Shown: piece by piece, positions 37,530 to 51,056 of the stretch | Position numbering within the stretch: position 1 is the stretch's first letter | Layout: every line of letters starts with the position of its first letter | From: Acidaminococcales bacterium | GTDB lineage: Bacteria > Bacillota > Negativicutes > Acidaminococcales > JAISLQ01 | Reading direction: 5' to 3' | Assembly (NCBI GenBank): GCA_031552765.1 | Contig: JAVBME010000005.1 | Location: 9,328-73,327, forward strand | Length of the DNA stretch: 64,000 nucleotides | Made by a program: the position numbers and the translations under genes | Notes under the pieces: model-generated | The model's database searches: none | What the model was told of the DNA's origin: nothing | What the model saw: only the letters and a program-made list of their open reading frames with translations

Positions 37530-38696
37530 ATGATTTTGTTTAACAAACGCCAGGCGTTTTTTGGCGCCGTTGCAATAGCTTTGGTTACGTTTTTTCTTAC
37601 CGCCAGCGGGTTTATGTATTTTTTCCACCTGGTGTCGGGCGATGTTTTGCTGACAGTGAAATTCTTCCAGGCCTTGCAGGTAGTAAAATCACGCTATGTG
37701 GAAAACGTGCCGGTGGAAAAACTGATGAACGGCGCGATCAGCGGTCTGGTGCGCTCGCTTGGCGACCCGCACTCCCTATATATGGACGGAAAAATGTTCA
37801 AGCAGTTTATGGTGGAGACCGAGGGACAGTTTGGCGGTATCGGCGTCATTGTCGGAGTCAAGGATAAAATGCTGACAGTGGTGGCGCCTATCGCCGGTAC
37901 GCCGGGCGAGGCGGCCGGTATCAAGAGCGGTGACAAGATCCTAAAAATAGGCGGGGAAGATACTAAAGATATGCCGCTGGACGCTGCGGTGAGCAAAATC
38001 CGCGGTCCTAAAGATACCATGGTCGAGTTGGAACTGCTGACCATGGACAACGAAGAAAAAACGGTAAAAATAGTACGCTCCAATATAAAACTCAAGACGG
38101 TCGCCAGCAAAAAACTGGAAGACAACATCGGCTATATAAGGATAACCATGTTCAATGAACATACCTATGCCGATTTTGCCCAGCAACTGGCCGAACTTGA
38201 CAAAGAGGGCATCAAAGGCCTGGTCTTGGACCTCAGGGATAACCCGGGCGGCCTGCTGGATTCCTGTGTAAAGGTGGCGGGCGAACTGGTGCCGAAAGGA
38301 CCGGTGGTTTCCGTAGTCAGCCGTGACGGCAGCAGGGATGTCAAGACTTCTTCCCTGGCCCAGCCCAAATACAAGATAATCGTATTGGTCAACCACGGCA
38401 GCGCCAGCGCATCAGAGATAGTGGCCGGCGCCGTACAGGATACGGGCGTAGGGAAGGTTCTGGGCGTTACTACTTACGGCAAGGGGTCGGTACAGGCGAT
38501 ACTCAGCCTGGATGGCAACTCCGCTATCAAACTTACGACCGCTACATATTTTACCCCCAGTGGACGCGCGATAAACGGCGTGGGGGTAAAACCGGACATA
38601 GAGCTAAAACTGTCCAGCAGTTGGGATAACCAGCTATACCGCGCGCAAAGCGAGCTGCAAGAAGAGCTGGCTGCCGCGGCAAAGAAAAACGAATGA
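37530..38696 (+). CDS. S41 family C-terminal processing peptidase (CtpA/CtpB-like)
   Basis: ATG 37530 follows AAGGGGG. A PDZ domain (GTPGEAAGIKSGDKILKIGG) precedes the catalytic GSASASEIVAGAVQD...YGKGSVQ. Confidence 0.88.
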   Translation: MILFNKRQAFFGAVAIALVTFFLTASGFMYFFHLVSGDVLLTVKFFQALQVVKSRYVENVPVEKLMNGAISGLVRSLGDPHSLYMDGKMFKQFMVETEGQFGGIGVIVGVKDKMLTVVAPIAGTPGEAAGIKSGDKILKIGGEDTKDMPLDAAVSKIRGPKDTMVELELLTMDNEEKTVKIVRSNIKLKTVASKKLEDNIGYIRITMFNEHTYADFAQQLAELDKEGIKGLVLDLRDNPGGLLDSCVKVAGELVPKGPVVSVVSRDGSRDVKTSSLAQPKYKIIVLVNHGSASASEIVAGAVQDTGVGKVLGVTTYGKGSVQAILSLDGNSAIKLTTATYFTPSGRAINGVGVKPDIELKLSSSWDNQLYRAQSELQEELAAAAKKNE

Positions 38697-38727
38697 ATGT
38701 TTGCAATTTCTGTTATAATTAAGTAAC

Positions 38728-38762
38728 GGGCGGCTGGGAAGACCGGCCGCCCCTTTGTAATC
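38728..38762 (+). terminator. Probable terminator
   Basis: 10-bp stem GGGCGGCTGG-GAAGA-CCGGCCGCCC followed by CTTTGTAATCTT (a weak U tract). Confidence 0.5.
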
Positions 38763-38783
38763 TTACGGGAAAGGAGTGGCTCT

Positions 38784-40028
38784 ATGCTTTCTTTGCCTTT
38801 TTGGGATATGTTCCGGCTGGCCGCGCAAAGCATTTTGCACGCTTTTTTTCAGCCGTTTTTTTATCTGGTGGTATTTCTTGTCTATTGGCAGTGCCGAAGT
38901 ATGGCGCAGCAGCAAAAAGCCATGTTCGGCTATGAAAATTTCCCGCTGCGGCGGGTGACTTTGGAGTTTACCGTAAAAGGTATGCTGGGCGGTTTTTTTG
39001 CCAGCATGCTGGTATTGTCTACCGGGCTGACGATAAACGACTTGGGTTTGGCTTACCTGTGGCCGCTGGCGATAATACTTCTTTTGCTCAATGCCCGCTT
39101 CCTGTGTTTTGCCTATGCCGGCGGCCTGCTGGCTTTGTCCAATATAATCTTCGGCTGGCCATATATTTCCGCGGCTCACCTACTGGCGCTGGTCGCTATT
39201 TTGCATGTTACCGAAAGCTTTTTGGTGCTGATCGGCGGGCGTTTTTCTTCCCTGCCGGCCTATTTTTGGCATAATGGACAAGCGGTAGGCGGTTTTTCAC
39301 TGACTAATTTTTGGCCTTTGCCTTTAATGATGATGTTTGCGGCCAGCGTGCCGGCCAGCGAGGTTGCCAACGCGATAAATATGCCGGACTGGTGGCCCTT
39401 GTTTCCTGTGGCGGAGGCTGGAGCCGGGCACATAAACGTGCTCATGCCTATACCGGTAGTGGCGGCCTTGGGCTACGGCAGCGTAGCCATATCGCGTCCA
39501 CCTGCGGTAAAGAGGCGGATTTCCGCGCTTTTGCTCTTTCTCTATAGTTGTTGCCTGTTTGCGGCCGCCTGGCTCACCACCCAGCATGCCTGGTGGGGAG
39601 CGGTAGCGGCGGTATTATCTTTTGCCGGGCATGAAGCGGTAGTATATCTTGATAAACGCCTGGAATTTAAGCGGCCGCCTTTGTATGCAGCCCGTGAGGG
39701 ACTTTTTACAGTGCTGGACGTTATATGGGGCATGCCGGCCTGGCGGGCGGGTTTGCGCTCTGGCGACAGCATTTTGCAGGTCAACGGCTACGACATACGG
39801 AATGAGTATGATTTAGGTGAAGCGGTCCGTTTTTTGCACAGTACCTTTACCCTGCGTATATTGCGCGAGGGGCAGGAAATGTATCTGGGCGGCAATTTTC
39901 TAGGATCTGAAGAAAAAGTTCTGGGGCTCATCAGGCTACCTGTACTGGATAAAGATACCTTGCTTAATATCCACGGCAATTATTCACTGTTGTGGCGTTG
40001 GTGGCGCAAATGGCGCAAAAAACATTAA
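38784..40028 (+). CDS. Integral membrane protein with C-terminal PDZ domain
   Basis: Multiple TM segments, then GMPAWRAGLRSGDSILQVNGYDI (a PDZ carboxylate-binding-type region). No protease motif recognised. Confidence 0.6.
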   Translation: MLSLPFWDMFRLAAQSILHAFFQPFFYLVVFLVYWQCRSMAQQQKAMFGYENFPLRRVTLEFTVKGMLGGFFASMLVLSTGLTINDLGLAYLWPLAIILLLLNARFLCFAYAGGLLALSNIIFGWPYISAAHLLALVAILHVTESFLVLIGGRFSSLPAYFWHNGQAVGGFSLTNFWPLPLMMMFAASVPASEVANAINMPDWWPLFPVAEAGAGHINVLMPIPVVAALGYGSVAISRPPAVKRRISALLLFLYSCCLFAAAWLTTQHAWWGAVAAVLSFAGHEAVVYLDKRLEFKRPPLYAAREGLFTVLDVIWGMPAWRAGLRSGDSILQVNGYDIRNEYDLGEAVRFLHSTFTLRILREGQEMYLGGNFLGSEEKVLGLIRLPVLDKDTLLNIHGNYSLLWRWWRKWRKKH

Positions 40029-42074
40029 TGTGTTATAATTACTTATAAATAACTATTATCCGAGAGGTTATCATGGAGTTCAAATTACAGGCGCCCTTTA
40101 AGCCGACAGGCGACCAGCCGCAGGCGATAGATATGTTAGCAAAAGGTTTGCTGGCCGGAAAGGATAGCCAGGTACTTTTGGGCGCTACCGGTACCGGCAA
40201 GACTTTTACCGTGGCTTCGGTCGTAGAAAAAGTTCAGCGCCCTACTTTGGTGCTTGCGCACAATAAAACTTTGGCAGCCCAACTAGCCAGTGAATTCAAA
40301 GAGTTTTTTCCGGATAATGCGGTGGAGTATTTTGTTTCTTATTATGACTATTACCAGCCGGAAGCCTACCTGCCGCAGACAGATACCTATATAGAAAAAG
40401 ACGCTTCCATCAATGATGAGATTGACAAATTGCGCCATTCGGCGACCAGTTCTTTGTTCGAGCGGCGAGATGTGATAGTAGTGGCCAGCGTGTCGTGTAT
40501 CTACGGTTTGGGCGCGCCGGACGACTACTATAAATTGGTGCTTTCTTTGCGCCCCGGCCAGGAGATAGAGCGGCAGGCAATATTGCGAAAGCTGGTCGAT
40601 ATCCAGTACAGCCGCAACGATTTGGTGCTGGCGCGCGGCAACTTCCGCGTGCGCGGGGACATCATAGAGGTCTTTCCGGCCGGCTACCATGACCGGGCGC
40701 TGAGGATACAGCTGTTTGGCGACGAAGTGGAAAAGATACAGGAAATAGACATAATTACAGGTGAGGTATTGGCTTCCCGCAGCCATATCGCCATTTATCC
40801 CGCCTCGCACTATGTAACTTCACGGGAAAATATGGAGCGGGCGCTAGTGGATATCGAGCGGGAACTGGAAGGACGCCTCAAAGAACTAAACGAGAAAAAC
40901 AAGCTGGTAGAGGCTCAGCGCCTGGAGCAGCGTGTGCGCTACGATATGGAAATGATGCGCGAGATGGGCTATTGCAGCGGCATTGAAAACTACTCCCGTC
41001 ATCTGACCATGCGCGAAGCAGGTGAACCGCCGTTTACCCTTTTGGATTATTTTCCCGAGGATTTTTTGCTGGTCATCGACGAGTCGCACGTAACCATACC
41101 GCAGGTGCGGGCTATGCAGGCCGGCGACCGCTCCCGGAAAGACATGCTTGTGGAGCACGGCTTCCGGCTGCCGTCGGCTTACGACAACAGGCCGCTGACT
41201 TTTACCGAGTTTGAAAAACGGGTAGGCCAGACCATATACGTGTCGGCTACTCCCGCCGCTTACGAGTTGCAGCGGGCCCAGGCGGTGGCCGAACAGGTGA
41301 TAAGGCCGACCGGCCTTCTCGACCCGCTGGTCGAGGTGCGGCCGATAAAAGGCCAGATGGACGACCTCTTAGGCGAGATAAACATCGTGGTGGGACGTAA
41401 AGAGCGCATACTCGTTACCACCCTGACCAAGAAGATGGCCGAAGGGCTGACCGAATACCTTGGCAGCATGGGCATAAAAGTGCGCTACCTGCATTCGGAC
41501 ATCGTCACCCTGGAACGGGCGGAGATCATCCGCGACCTTAGGGCGGGGGAATTTGATGTACTAGTCGGTATAAACCTGTTGCGCGAAGGGCTCGACCTGC
41601 CGGAAGTATCGCTCATCGCTATCTTGGATGCGGACAAGGAAGGCTTTTTGCGTTCGGAGACTTCGCTCGTCCAGACCATCGGCCGGGCGGCGCGCAATCA
41701 GAATGGTCGGGTCATCATGTATGCGGACGTTATAACCAAATCTATGAGAAACGCCATGGACGAAACTGCGCGGCGCAGGGACAAACAGGACGCTTACAAC
41801 AAGGCGCGAGGCATCATCCCGCGTACGATCGAGAAAAAACTGCGCGACCTTATAACGATAACCAAAATAGCGGAAAAGGTCGATATATATAGCAGGAGTA
41901 AAGACGTCACCGCCGCTTCGCGCCAGGAACTGGAAAAACTGGTCAGACAGCTGGAAAAAGAGATGCGGCAAGCCGCGCAGGAGCTGGACTTTGAAAGCGC
42001 CGCGCTGTACCGCGACCGTCTGATAGAGGTGCGCGGTAAACTTTCCAGTAATATTGGAGGAAAACAGGGGAAAA

Positions 42075-44912
<2,838 letters not shown>

Positions 44913-45067
44913 AAAAACTTTGGATAGGTATGTTATCAGACCGCGGCAGCAATAAAAGAAAACGGGCGGGCGGCTCTGTCCGCCCCTACCAGTATACGGA
45001 GGAACTATCTCATGGCTAATAGCGCGCCGATGAGAGCAGCCGAATATGATGCAAAGATGAATATACC

Positions 45068-46873
45068 ATGACGGAACAAAAATCCCTTATAGAAGAAAAA
45101 CTAGCTCTTTTGCCCGCGCAGCCCGGTGTGTATTTGATGAAAAACGCTGCGGGCGATATCATATATGTGGGCAAGGCGGGTATATTACGCAACCGTGTCC
45201 GCAGCTATTTCCGGGCCAGCGGCCAGGCTGTGCCAAAAGTAGCGGTCATGACGACCCATATCGAGGATTTTGAATACATAGTAACGGCCAACGAACTGGA
45301 AGCGCTCATACTAGAATGCAACCTGATAAAAAAGCACCGGCCGAAGTATAATATCCTTTTGAAAGATGATAAAAGTTACCCCTACCTGAAAGTGACGCTG
45401 GCGGAAGAATACCCGCGTATTTTTGCCACGCGCCGCGTGGTCAAAGACGGCTCGCGCTATTTTGGTCCTTATGTAAATGTAGGGGCGATGCACCAGACGG
45501 TAAAACTGCTCCGGGATATATTTCCCCTCAGGACTTGCCGGACGATGAGTGCCCGGCGTCCCTGCCTCGAGTACCATATCAAAAGGTGCCTGGCGCCATG
45601 CGGCGGGCAGGTAGATAAACAAGAATACCGTAAGATGGTGGAAGGTATCTGCCTGGTACTGGAAGGGCACAGCGACGCTCTCTTAAAGCAGTTGAAAACC
45701 TCCATGCGCCAGGCTTCGGAAAGTATGGAGTATGAGCAGGCAGCTTGGCTGCGCGACCAGATATTAGCTTTGGAGAGCTTGAGCGAGCAGCAGACGGCGG
45801 TAACTGTGGCCGGGGACATGGATGCCATAGGACTGGCCCGGGATGAGGCCGGCGTTTGCATACAAGTGTTTTTTATACGTAGCGGCAAGATCGTCGGCCG
45901 CGACCATTTTCTTTTGAATGCCGGTCGGGAAGAGCAAGAAGAAGAGGTGCTGAGCGCTTTTATCAAGCAGTATTACAGCGCGGCGGCGTTTATTCCCGGT
46001 GAAATAATTTTACCCGCCCCCCTGCCGGAGCAGGAAGAGCAGCTTTTGGCCGCATGGCTGGGTTCACTGGGTCGGCGAAAGGTGAAGCTGACCGCCCCTC
46101 AGCGGGGTTTGAAAAAAGACTTGCTGGCTATGGCGATGGAAAACGCCAGCGTGCTGCTCAAAGAAGAAGGGCGGAGAGTAAAGCAAAAAGAGCAGCAGCA
46201 ACTGGCGGCAGTGGCATTATTGGCAAAATATCTTGGCTTGCAAGACACGCCCGCCAGGATAGACTGCTTTGATATATCGCACACACAGGGCGCGGAAACC
46301 GTGGCTTCCATGGTGGTATTCAAGGATGGACAGGAAAGCCGGCGCGATTACCGCCGCTACAAGATACAGTCGGCGGAAGGCAAGCCGGACGACTTTAAAT
46401 CTATGGCCGAGGTAGTACTGCGCCGGTATAGAAAATACGAAAATTTGCCCGGCCTGGTCATCATCGACGGCGGCAAAGGCCAACTGAACGCGGCCCTCGA
46501 AGTGATCCGCGGTTTAGGGCTGGATATGCCGGTGGTGGGCCTCGCCAAACAATTTGAAGAGATTTTTTGCGAGGGCAAAAAAGAATCTTTGCGTCTGCCA
46601 GCCGATTCGCCGGCGCTGTATCTGGTACAGCGCATACGCGACGAGGCCCACCGCTTCGCGATCACCTATCACAGGAAACTGCGGGCCAAACGTAACATGG
46701 TATCCATACTTGACCACATCCCAGGCATAGGGCCGAAGCGGCGCCAGGCGTTGTGGCGGCATTTTGCTTCAATAAAGGCGATAAAAGAGGCGTCTGTTGA
46801 AGAATTGCGCAAGGCGCCGGGCGTGGATGCAGGCAGTGCCAAAGCGGTGTATGATTTTTTCCGTTCTTTGTGA
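45068..46873 (+). CDS. uvrC: Excinuclease ABC subunit C
   Basis: GIY-YIG domain (PGVYLMKN...IIYVGKA), UVR domain (YEQAAWLRDQI) and a C-terminal HhH (IPGIGPKRRQAL). Confidence 0.95.
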   Translation: MTEQKSLIEEKLALLPAQPGVYLMKNAAGDIIYVGKAGILRNRVRSYFRASGQAVPKVAVMTTHIEDFEYIVTANELEALILECNLIKKHRPKYNILLKDDKSYPYLKVTLAEEYPRIFATRRVVKDGSRYFGPYVNVGAMHQTVKLLRDIFPLRTCRTMSARRPCLEYHIKRCLAPCGGQVDKQEYRKMVEGICLVLEGHSDALLKQLKTSMRQASESMEYEQAAWLRDQILALESLSEQQTAVTVAGDMDAIGLARDEAGVCIQVFFIRSGKIVGRDHFLLNAGREEQEEEVLSAFIKQYYSAAAFIPGEIILPAPLPEQEEQLLAAWLGSLGRRKVKLTAPQRGLKKDLLAMAMENASVLLKEEGRRVKQKEQQQLAAVALLAKYLGLQDTPARIDCFDISHTQGAETVASMVVFKDGQESRRDYRRYKIQSAEGKPDDFKSMAEVVLRRYRKYENLPGLVIIDGGKGQLNAALEVIRGLGLDMPVVGLAKQFEEIFCEGKKESLRLPADSPALYLVQRIRDEAHRFAITYHRKLRAKRNMVSILDHIPGIGPKRRQALWRHFASIKAIKEASVEELRKAPGVDAGSAKAVYDFFRSL

Positions 46874-46906
46874 CCGCCGACAGATCAAAATAAGGAGGTT
46901 AGGTTG

Positions 46907-48784
46907 ATGAACAAGAAAAAAACGACGTTTTCCGTGTCATATTTCCTGCTGGCGCTGCTCCTGACATGGCTTATCAACGACTCCATAGTCAAACCGTATG
47001 TCGTCAAGGAAACGGAAGTCAGCTACAATGCTTTTCTCGATGATTTGAACAAGGGCGAAGTGAATAATGTCGTTTTGACCGATGACCGTATAATTTTTGA
47101 ACTGAAGAGCGGCGAGAACAAAGAGGTGACGCGCAATACCGTCCGGGTTGACGACAAAGAACTCATCAACCGTCTGGTAGAGAAGAAAGTTACTTTTTCC
47201 GGGCAAAAAGCCAACCAGACCGCACTGGGCGCCATGCTGGGCTGGATATTGCCTTTCCTGCCCTTTGCCCTCCTGTACTATTTTATCTATAAAAGGATGA
47301 GCGGCGACGGCCCGGGGGGCGGCGTCATGTCCTTCGGGCAGAATAAGGCGCGTGAAATACAAGGCGAGCTGATGGGTATAACTTTCGGCGATGTCGGCGG
47401 CGTGGGCGAAGCGGAAACCGAGCTGAAAGAGATAATAGAATATTTGAAAAACCCGGCTAAATTCGAGCGTTTGGGCGCCAAACTGCCTAAAGGCATACTT
47501 TTAGTGGGGCCTCCCGGCACAGGCAAGACCCTTTTAGCTAAAGCAACCGCCGGCGAGGCGGGGGTACCATTTTTCTCCATAACCGGTTCCAGTTTTGTCG
47601 AAATGTTTGTCGGCGTAGGCGCGGCACGCGTGCGTGACCTGTTTGAGCAGGCGAAGGCCAAGGCGCCGTGCATTATCTTTATTGACGAGGTGGATGCGAT
47701 CGGGCAGGCGCGCAATACTATAGCCGGCTTTGGCAGCAACAGCGAGCAGGAGAGTACGCTCAACCAACTGTTGTCGGAAATGGACGGCTTTCAGTCCAAC
47801 TCCGGCGTAGTCATCATGGCGGCCACCAACCGCCCGGAAATCCTCGACCAGGCCTTGGTGCGACCTGGACGTTTCGACCGGCAGATACAGGTCGTGCTGC
47901 CGGATGAGGCCGGACGCCTGCACATCCTCAAAATACACACCAAAGGCATGCCGCTAGCCGAGGATGTCGACCTGGGGCGCATCGCCAAAATAACACCGGG
48001 TTTTTCCGGGGCCGACCTGGCCAATATTGCCAATGAAGCTTCTCTGCTGGCGGTCAGGCATGACGCGGAAGAAATAAGCATGGGCAATTTTGACCAGGCT
48101 ATCGAGCGCGTGGTGGCCGGTTTGCAGCGAAAAACCCCCCTGGCGGCGGAAGTGCGGCGCAAGGTCGCTTACCACGAAGTGGGGCATGCTTTGGCGGCAT
48201 TTTATATGACCGGGGCCGACCCCGTGCATAAGGTGAGCATAATACCCACTGCCAAAGGAGCGCTGGGCTATACCCTGCAAATGCCGGAAGAAGATAAATA
48301 CCTGATAAGCGAATCTGAACTCAAAACGCGCATGGCGGTCATGCTGGGCGGCCGGGCGGCTGAACGGCTGATCTTTGGCGAAGTGTCGACAGGCGCGGCC
48401 AACGACCTTGAGCGTGTGACGGACATCGCCCGGCGCATGGTTACAGAGTTCGGCATGTCCAAGGAGGTCGGCCCGGTAAGGTATGCCGCGCCGGCGGCGC
48501 AATATCTGCGCACAGGTTCCGGCGGCCGCAACGACCTTAGCCCGGAAACTTTGAAAAATATCGATGATGAAATCAAAAAACTGGTGGAAGAAGCTCAGCA
48601 AAAAGCCGAACATATATTGTGCCGGCATGAAAAAGTGTTGCACGAAGTGGCAAGTGTGCTGCAACACGAAGAAGTTATTTCCGGCGACCGGATAAAGGGA
48701 ATCGCGGCCGATGAGCAAAATTTGGCCGCTCCTGACATCAAGACCGGCTGCACCGAATTTTCTTGCGGCGAAAAATGCAACTAA
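46907..48784 (+). CDS. ftsH: ATP-dependent zinc metalloprotease FtsH
   Basis: ATG 46907 follows AAGGAGG. Has GPPGTGKTLLAKA, IIFIDEVDA, SRH TNRPEILDQALVRPGRFD and zinc HEVGHAL. Confidence 0.96.
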   Translation: MNKKKTTFSVSYFLLALLLTWLINDSIVKPYVVKETEVSYNAFLDDLNKGEVNNVVLTDDRIIFELKSGENKEVTRNTVRVDDKELINRLVEKKVTFSGQKANQTALGAMLGWILPFLPFALLYYFIYKRMSGDGPGGGVMSFGQNKAREIQGELMGITFGDVGGVGEAETELKEIIEYLKNPAKFERLGAKLPKGILLVGPPGTGKTLLAKATAGEAGVPFFSITGSSFVEMFVGVGAARVRDLFEQAKAKAPCIIFIDEVDAIGQARNTIAGFGSNSEQESTLNQLLSEMDGFQSNSGVVIMAATNRPEILDQALVRPGRFDRQIQVVLPDEAGRLHILKIHTKGMPLAEDVDLGRIAKITPGFSGADLANIANEASLLAVRHDAEEISMGNFDQAIERVVAGLQRKTPLAAEVRRKVAYHEVGHALAAFYMTGADPVHKVSIIPTAKGALGYTLQMPEEDKYLISESELKTRMAVMLGGRAAERLIFGEVSTGAANDLERVTDIARRMVTEFGMSKEVGPVRYAAPAAQYLRTGSGGRNDLSPETLKNIDDEIKKLVEEAQQKAEHILCRHEKVLHEVASVLQHEEVISGDRIKGIAADEQNLAAPDIKTGCTEFSCGEKCN

Positions 48785-48858
48785 ATAAATTTTATTTATG
48801 TTAAACATTATAATATAATGAAGTATGGATGTAATTTTACATGCCCAAAAGGGGAAAT

Positions 48859-49362
48859 ATGAAATTTATCGGCGACGGTTACGCAAGATACGTCATGCAT
48901 ACGGATTGGGGCCTTTGGGAAACGGTCTGGTCAGATGCCGGTCTGGTGGTATTGGAGTTCCCGGTAGCGGGTGAAATGGATTTGCAGTGGCCTAATATTC
49001 CGCTTTTTGCAGGCAATGATTTGAGCAGTCATTTGGAAAAAGCGCTGAAGCTTTATTTAAAAGGCGTACATACGGTTTTTGCCGTGCCGCTCGACTTGCG
49101 CAACTGCACTCCTTTTCAAAAGAAGGTTTACCAGGCCGCTTGCGGGCTGGGCTATGGCGAAACCGCCAGTTATGGGGATATCGCCAGGCGTATTGGCAAG
49201 CCTGGTGGCGCCAGGGCGGTAGGACAGGCGCTCAGCAAAAACCCCTTGCCGCTTGTTGTGCCCTGCCATAGGGTATTAGGCGCGGATGGCGCCCTGACAG
49301 GGTTCGGCAGTGGGCTGAATATGAAAAAGGCCCTGCTCTTGCTGGAGTCGTCTGCCGATTGA
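48859..49362 (+). CDS. ogt: Methylated-DNA--protein-cysteine methyltransferase
   Basis: ATG 48859 follows AAGGGGA. Has the active site LVVPCHRVLG and YGDIARRIGKPGGARAVG. Confidence 0.9.
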   Translation: MKFIGDGYARYVMHTDWGLWETVWSDAGLVVLEFPVAGEMDLQWPNIPLFAGNDLSSHLEKALKLYLKGVHTVFAVPLDLRNCTPFQKKVYQAACGLGYGETASYGDIARRIGKPGGARAVGQALSKNPLPLVVPCHRVLGADGALTGFGSGLNMKKALLLLESSAD

Positions 49363-49386
49363 AAGTTTATAATAAAGGATAATACG

Positions 49387-50184
49387 ATGAAGATAAAACT
49401 TATTGCCTGTGATGTCGACGGCACCCTTTTAGGAAAAAAACTGGTTTTATCCGGCCGCCTGAAAAGTGTGGTAAAAGAAGCCGGGGAACGCGGCGTGGCC
49501 TTTTGTATCGCTACTGGAAGGATGTTTTCTTCGGCGTTGCCGTTCGCCCAGGAGTTGGGACTGTCTACTCCCCTCATAGCCTACAATGGCGCCTTGGTCA
49601 AAAATGCCGCCACACATGAACTATATGACGCCAATCCTTTGGATATAGAAGTAGCGGGGGAAATACTCGCCTTGTGTGAAAAGAAGGGTTGGTATATTCA
49701 AAAATATCTTAACGACCGGCTTTACGTAGCGGAAGTCACAGAGGCCGGCCGCGCGTATGCTGTACGCACAAATGTGGAGATAAATCCGGAAGGCGGCGCA
49801 TTTTACCGCCTGGCTACTGCTCCGCACAAGCTTATGATGATCGCGGAGCCTGAAGAGTCGCTGTTAATAAAAAAAGAACTGGCGGAAGTATTTGGCGAAA
49901 GGCTGGCGATAACTAGCTCTAACCCCCGTTTTATCGAACTGGTGCAGCCGGGCGTCAATAAGGGGACGGCTCTTGCCCACTTGGCGGCCAAGCTTTCTTT
50001 GCGGCCAGCGGAAATTATGGCGATAGGCGACGCCCACAACGACCTTGAAATGGTAAAATTTGCCGGGATCGGCGTAGCTGTGGCTAATGCCGCGCCAGAA
50101 CTGAAAGAGGCGGCGCGCTTTGTCTCGGCTGCTTGCGAAGAAGATGGGGCGGCTTTGGCGATAGAAAAATTTGTTTTACACTGA
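49387..50184 (+). CDS. Cof-type HAD-IIB family hydrolase
   Basis: Has IACDVDGTLL, ATGR, KG.AL and GDAHNDLEM. Confidence 0.86.
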   Translation: MKIKLIACDVDGTLLGKKLVLSGRLKSVVKEAGERGVAFCIATGRMFSSALPFAQELGLSTPLIAYNGALVKNAATHELYDANPLDIEVAGEILALCEKKGWYIQKYLNDRLYVAEVTEAGRAYAVRTNVEINPEGGAFYRLATAPHKLMMIAEPEESLLIKKELAEVFGERLAITSSNPRFIELVQPGVNKGTALAHLAAKLSLRPAEIMAIGDAHNDLEMVKFAGIGVAVANAAPELKEAARFVSAACEEDGAALAIEKFVLH

Positions 50185-50212
50185 CGGCTGTTCTAACTGG
50201 GAGGGGAATCCA

Positions 50213-51043
50213 TTGAAAATAACTGTTTTGGTAGAAAATACTGTGAGTACAAAGGCGCCGGCCGGGCTTTTGGGTCAGCACGGGCTATCCATGCTGTTGG
50301 AGATACCCGGCAGCGGGCGGATACTGTTTGATACCGGTCAGACGGATATTTTGCTGGAAAACCTTTTACTTATGGATATATTGCCTGACAGCATAGATTA
50401 CATAGTGCTCAGTCACGGCCATTTTGACCATTGCGGCGGTTTGAACGCCATTTTTAAAGCCCGCCAGCTGCCGGCCACTGTATTTGCCGGGCCAAATATT
50501 TTTTCCGCCCGTTATGCTAGGTCTACTGGCGGCGGTTACCGCCATATCGGCATACCCTATACCAAAGAACACCTGGCTTCTAGCGGCGCGGAGTTTATTT
50601 TTACCTACGGACCCTGCCAAATGCGGGAAAACATCTGGCTGAGCGGCCCTATACCCAGAACTACGGAATTCGAAGCGCAAAATACTACGCTACTTGATAT
50701 CGCTAAACAACCGGATGGGTTTTCCGACGAAATAGCCATCTATCTTGTGCAGCCGGAAGGCTTGGTAGTGGTTACCGGCTGTTCGCACCGCGGTTTGATA
50801 AATACCATAAAATACGGGCAGCAAGTGACAGGCGTGGAAAAAGTCCATGCCGTGGTAGGTGGGTCGCATCTGGAGCCGGCCAGCTTGCCGCAGCAGGAAG
50901 AAACGATAAAAGTTTTGCGGGAAATGGAGCCTGACATAATCGCTCTTAACCATTGCACGGGTATACAGCTACAGGCACAGTTGCAGAGCGTTTTCGGCGC
51001 GAGATTTGTCGCGGCGAACGCTGGCAGCATAATAAATTTATGA
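50213..51043 (+). CDS. MBL-fold metallo-hydrolase
   Basis: TTG 50213 follows GGAGGGG. Has LSHGHFDHCGG and a later GCSH. Confidence 0.75.
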   Translation: MKITVLVENTVSTKAPAGLLGQHGLSMLLEIPGSGRILFDTGQTDILLENLLLMDILPDSIDYIVLSHGHFDHCGGLNAIFKARQLPATVFAGPNIFSARYARSTGGGYRHIGIPYTKEHLASSGAEFIFTYGPCQMRENIWLSGPIPRTTEFEAQNTTLLDIAKQPDGFSDEIAIYLVQPEGLVVVTGCSHRGLINTIKYGQQVTGVEKVHAVVGGSHLEPASLPQQEETIKVLREMEPDIIALNHCTGIQLQAQLQSVFGARFVAANAGSIINL

Positions 51044-51056
51044 AAAAGGAATTGTT

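Noticed and set aside
40029-40072. LexA (Cheo box, GAAC-N4-GTTC) operator upstream of uvrB, and likewise upstream of uvrC (44913-45067)
   Set aside because: No GAAC-N4-GTTC-like palindrome is visible in either region. Only an extended -10 (TGTTATAAT) is seen before uvrB.
47954-48808. 284-aa minus-strand ORF antisense to ftsH
   Set aside because: This is a shadow ORF. FtsH on the + strand has all its AAA and zinc-protease motifs.
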